DNA from: Octopus bimaculoides
Lineage: Eukaryota
Length of the DNA: 39,857 nt
NCBI RefSeq assembly: GCF_001194135.2
Contig: NC_068988.1
Coordinates: 4,542,299 to 4,582,155 of the forward strand
Direction: 5' to 3'
Shown here: positions 37,706 to 39,857 of the stretch, piece by piece
How the letters are laid out: each line of letters opens with the position of its first letter
Position numbering within the stretch: the stretch's first letter is position 1
Notes under the pieces: generated by a model
Databases searched by the model: none
Told to the model about the DNA's origin: nothing
What the model saw: only the letters and a program-made list of their open reading frames with translations
Position numbers and translations under genes: made by a program

Positions 37706-39555
37706 GGAATTAAATTAAGCAGACATTCAAGATGTCTACATTCGAGGACATTTAAGGGGAGCAATCTGAGTTAATTATATCGGTATTTTTGTATGCTATT
37801 AATATAGTTAGGTACTTTCTGCAATTAACTAAGAATTCCAGGTGTATCAAAGTAAGTTTTTAACTTTTCACAGTTGATCATTGCAAGGATTTACGTCACT
37901 CAATGACGATATTTTGTTATTTTGGCACATATCGGATTTTACTAAAGAAAACTTGGAGACAAGTAACATACTCGATACTCCGCGATGTGACTTAATATGA
38001 ACTTTATCTTTGATACAACAGAAATAAAGTTAAATTACGTAGTTATGACTTGGAAGAAAAACAAAGGCTATTTCGTTTACTGATTATAACAAAGTGTATC
38101 CAGACGTACACACACACATATAATGCATATTGTACAAGCCCTATTTTTAAATAAAAATTAAAACTTAAGAAAGAAAATAATTCCACATCTATCGTAGATA
38201 TTAATAAATAAATAAACAAACTTCCTACAGATTTCTCGACTTTGTTTTCTGTTGATCTCCATACTAACGTCATTGTAATGCACCAACAATTCACTGTCTT
38301 TAAAGGATTAATATAGAATTTCTGCAAGATTTGAGACTAAAGTACTTTTTCAACATCACCGATCTACGCAGGTTAACTTTGCAAATAACAACAGGTTCAC
38401 CTTAGCAACAAACGTTTATGCAAATCCTGAAGAACAGCTAAAGGGATGATCTATCACTGTAAGAAAATTTATACAAAGTACAGGTTTGTGAACAGGGCAA
38501 AGTTTATAAATAGAAAATCTACGTTACAAGTAATTTATTTGTTGTGACAGTTTACGGTTAACAGCAATGATATCAACGTATAATTAGTTCGCTAATGTAA
38601 AATATAAAGTAACGGGAATAAGGCTTTAAGAATTGGTCGAGTTGATTTAGCATAATTTGGAAGTGGTGGGGAAATCAAATATCTCAGTAAAAATGCGCTT
38701 TGTTAGCGTAAACAGAAACACCGTAGGACTTGCCAGGATTTGTTTCTATTCTGTAACAGAAATAAAGCATAAATGTGATAATACGGTTAATAGAGAATAG
38801 AAGAGACTTTATTTAGATTAACTCTGTATCCTCGAATATTTTCTGACATCATTAACAACGCGGACAGAGTTGTGCATATTGATACACACAAACAACAAAT
38901 CGGCCGTTAGTTATCTTCTTTGAAAAGTTCACACTCAACAACTAAATTATTACCATTTGCCCAACAAACTTTGAGTGTTACAGTGTTTTCAAACATATTT
39001 CTCATCCGAACACATCGCTACAGCGATTTCTGATTTTAATTAAAAGAGCTGACCTTAAAAATATGGCAGATAGATGACAATAATACCCGAAATATATAAT
39101 TCGAAGTGCAATCACAACTTTCAGAAAGATTATATTTCTCAAAATAGTGAGTGGAGCAAAAGCGAGACCACGTCATCCTAAAGTATTCGTAACAAATAAC
39201 TGCACACAACACAAGTGTTCAATTAAACTAATTAGAAAAAATATTTCCCATTGTCTGCATATCTCACTATCTTTCCTACACACACTGATTTGCTCTCTCT
39301 CCCTCTCTCCGGCTCTTTCACAGAAACACACACTCTTTATCTGAATGAATCTACACACGTTATATATATACACATATATACGACATATAAATACATGTGT
39401 GTGTATGCGTGTTTAATGGTTCGTGGAGTATATGAACGTTTACAGTTTTGATATATATATATATAAATAACACGGGCAATAAAGATATTGCTTTGCGTGC
39501 GTTTGTTTTGTGATTATTAATCTGAGTTTCTAGCTGAGGGCGTCACTCCCATTAG

Positions 39556-39629
39556 ATACACACACAAACACACGCACACACACACATATATATATACATA
39601 TATATATATATACATACATATATATATAC

Positions 39630-39663
<34 letters not shown>

Positions 39664-39823
39664 CTATCTATATATACATACATACATATATATATGCATA
39701 TATACATACATTCATAAATATATATACATATATACATTCAAATATATATATATATACATATATACATTCATATATATATATATATACATATATACATTCA
39801 TATATATATATATATATACATTC

Positions 39824-39857
<34 letters not shown>
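39556..39857. repeat. Complex (CA)/(TA)/(TACA) simple repeat
   Basis: Direct. Confidence 0.95.

Overview
Strongly AT-rich, microsatellite-dense animal DNA with three assembly gaps, each flanked by TA/TG-rich simple repeats. The SINE sequences and repeat landscape look like octopus (coleoid cephalopod); this is inferred from recalled repeat consensus, not a database search. No host protein-coding gene can be confidently identified, and most listed ORFs are microsatellite or transposon artefacts. Supportable content: decayed, mostly internally deleted mobile elements (R4/Dong-type RLE LINE, hAT, Penelope-like RT, mariner, L1/Tx1 LINE, several tRNA-derived SINE pieces), a minimal type I hammerhead ribozyme motif in a probable Penelope pseudo-LTR, and an old degenerate ~320-bp tandem array (30.8-33.0 kb). 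The most unusual structure is at 8397-8947. An exon-like 256-bp unit bounded by AG/GT splice signals has a near-identical, inverted and circularly permuted copy 29 bp upstream, with a 5-bp terminal redundancy. This pattern suggests re-integration of a circular intermediate and would give mutually competing long dsRNA structures, but an assembly artefact must be excluded. Two decayed reading frames of unknown family and a few weak candidate exons are also noted.
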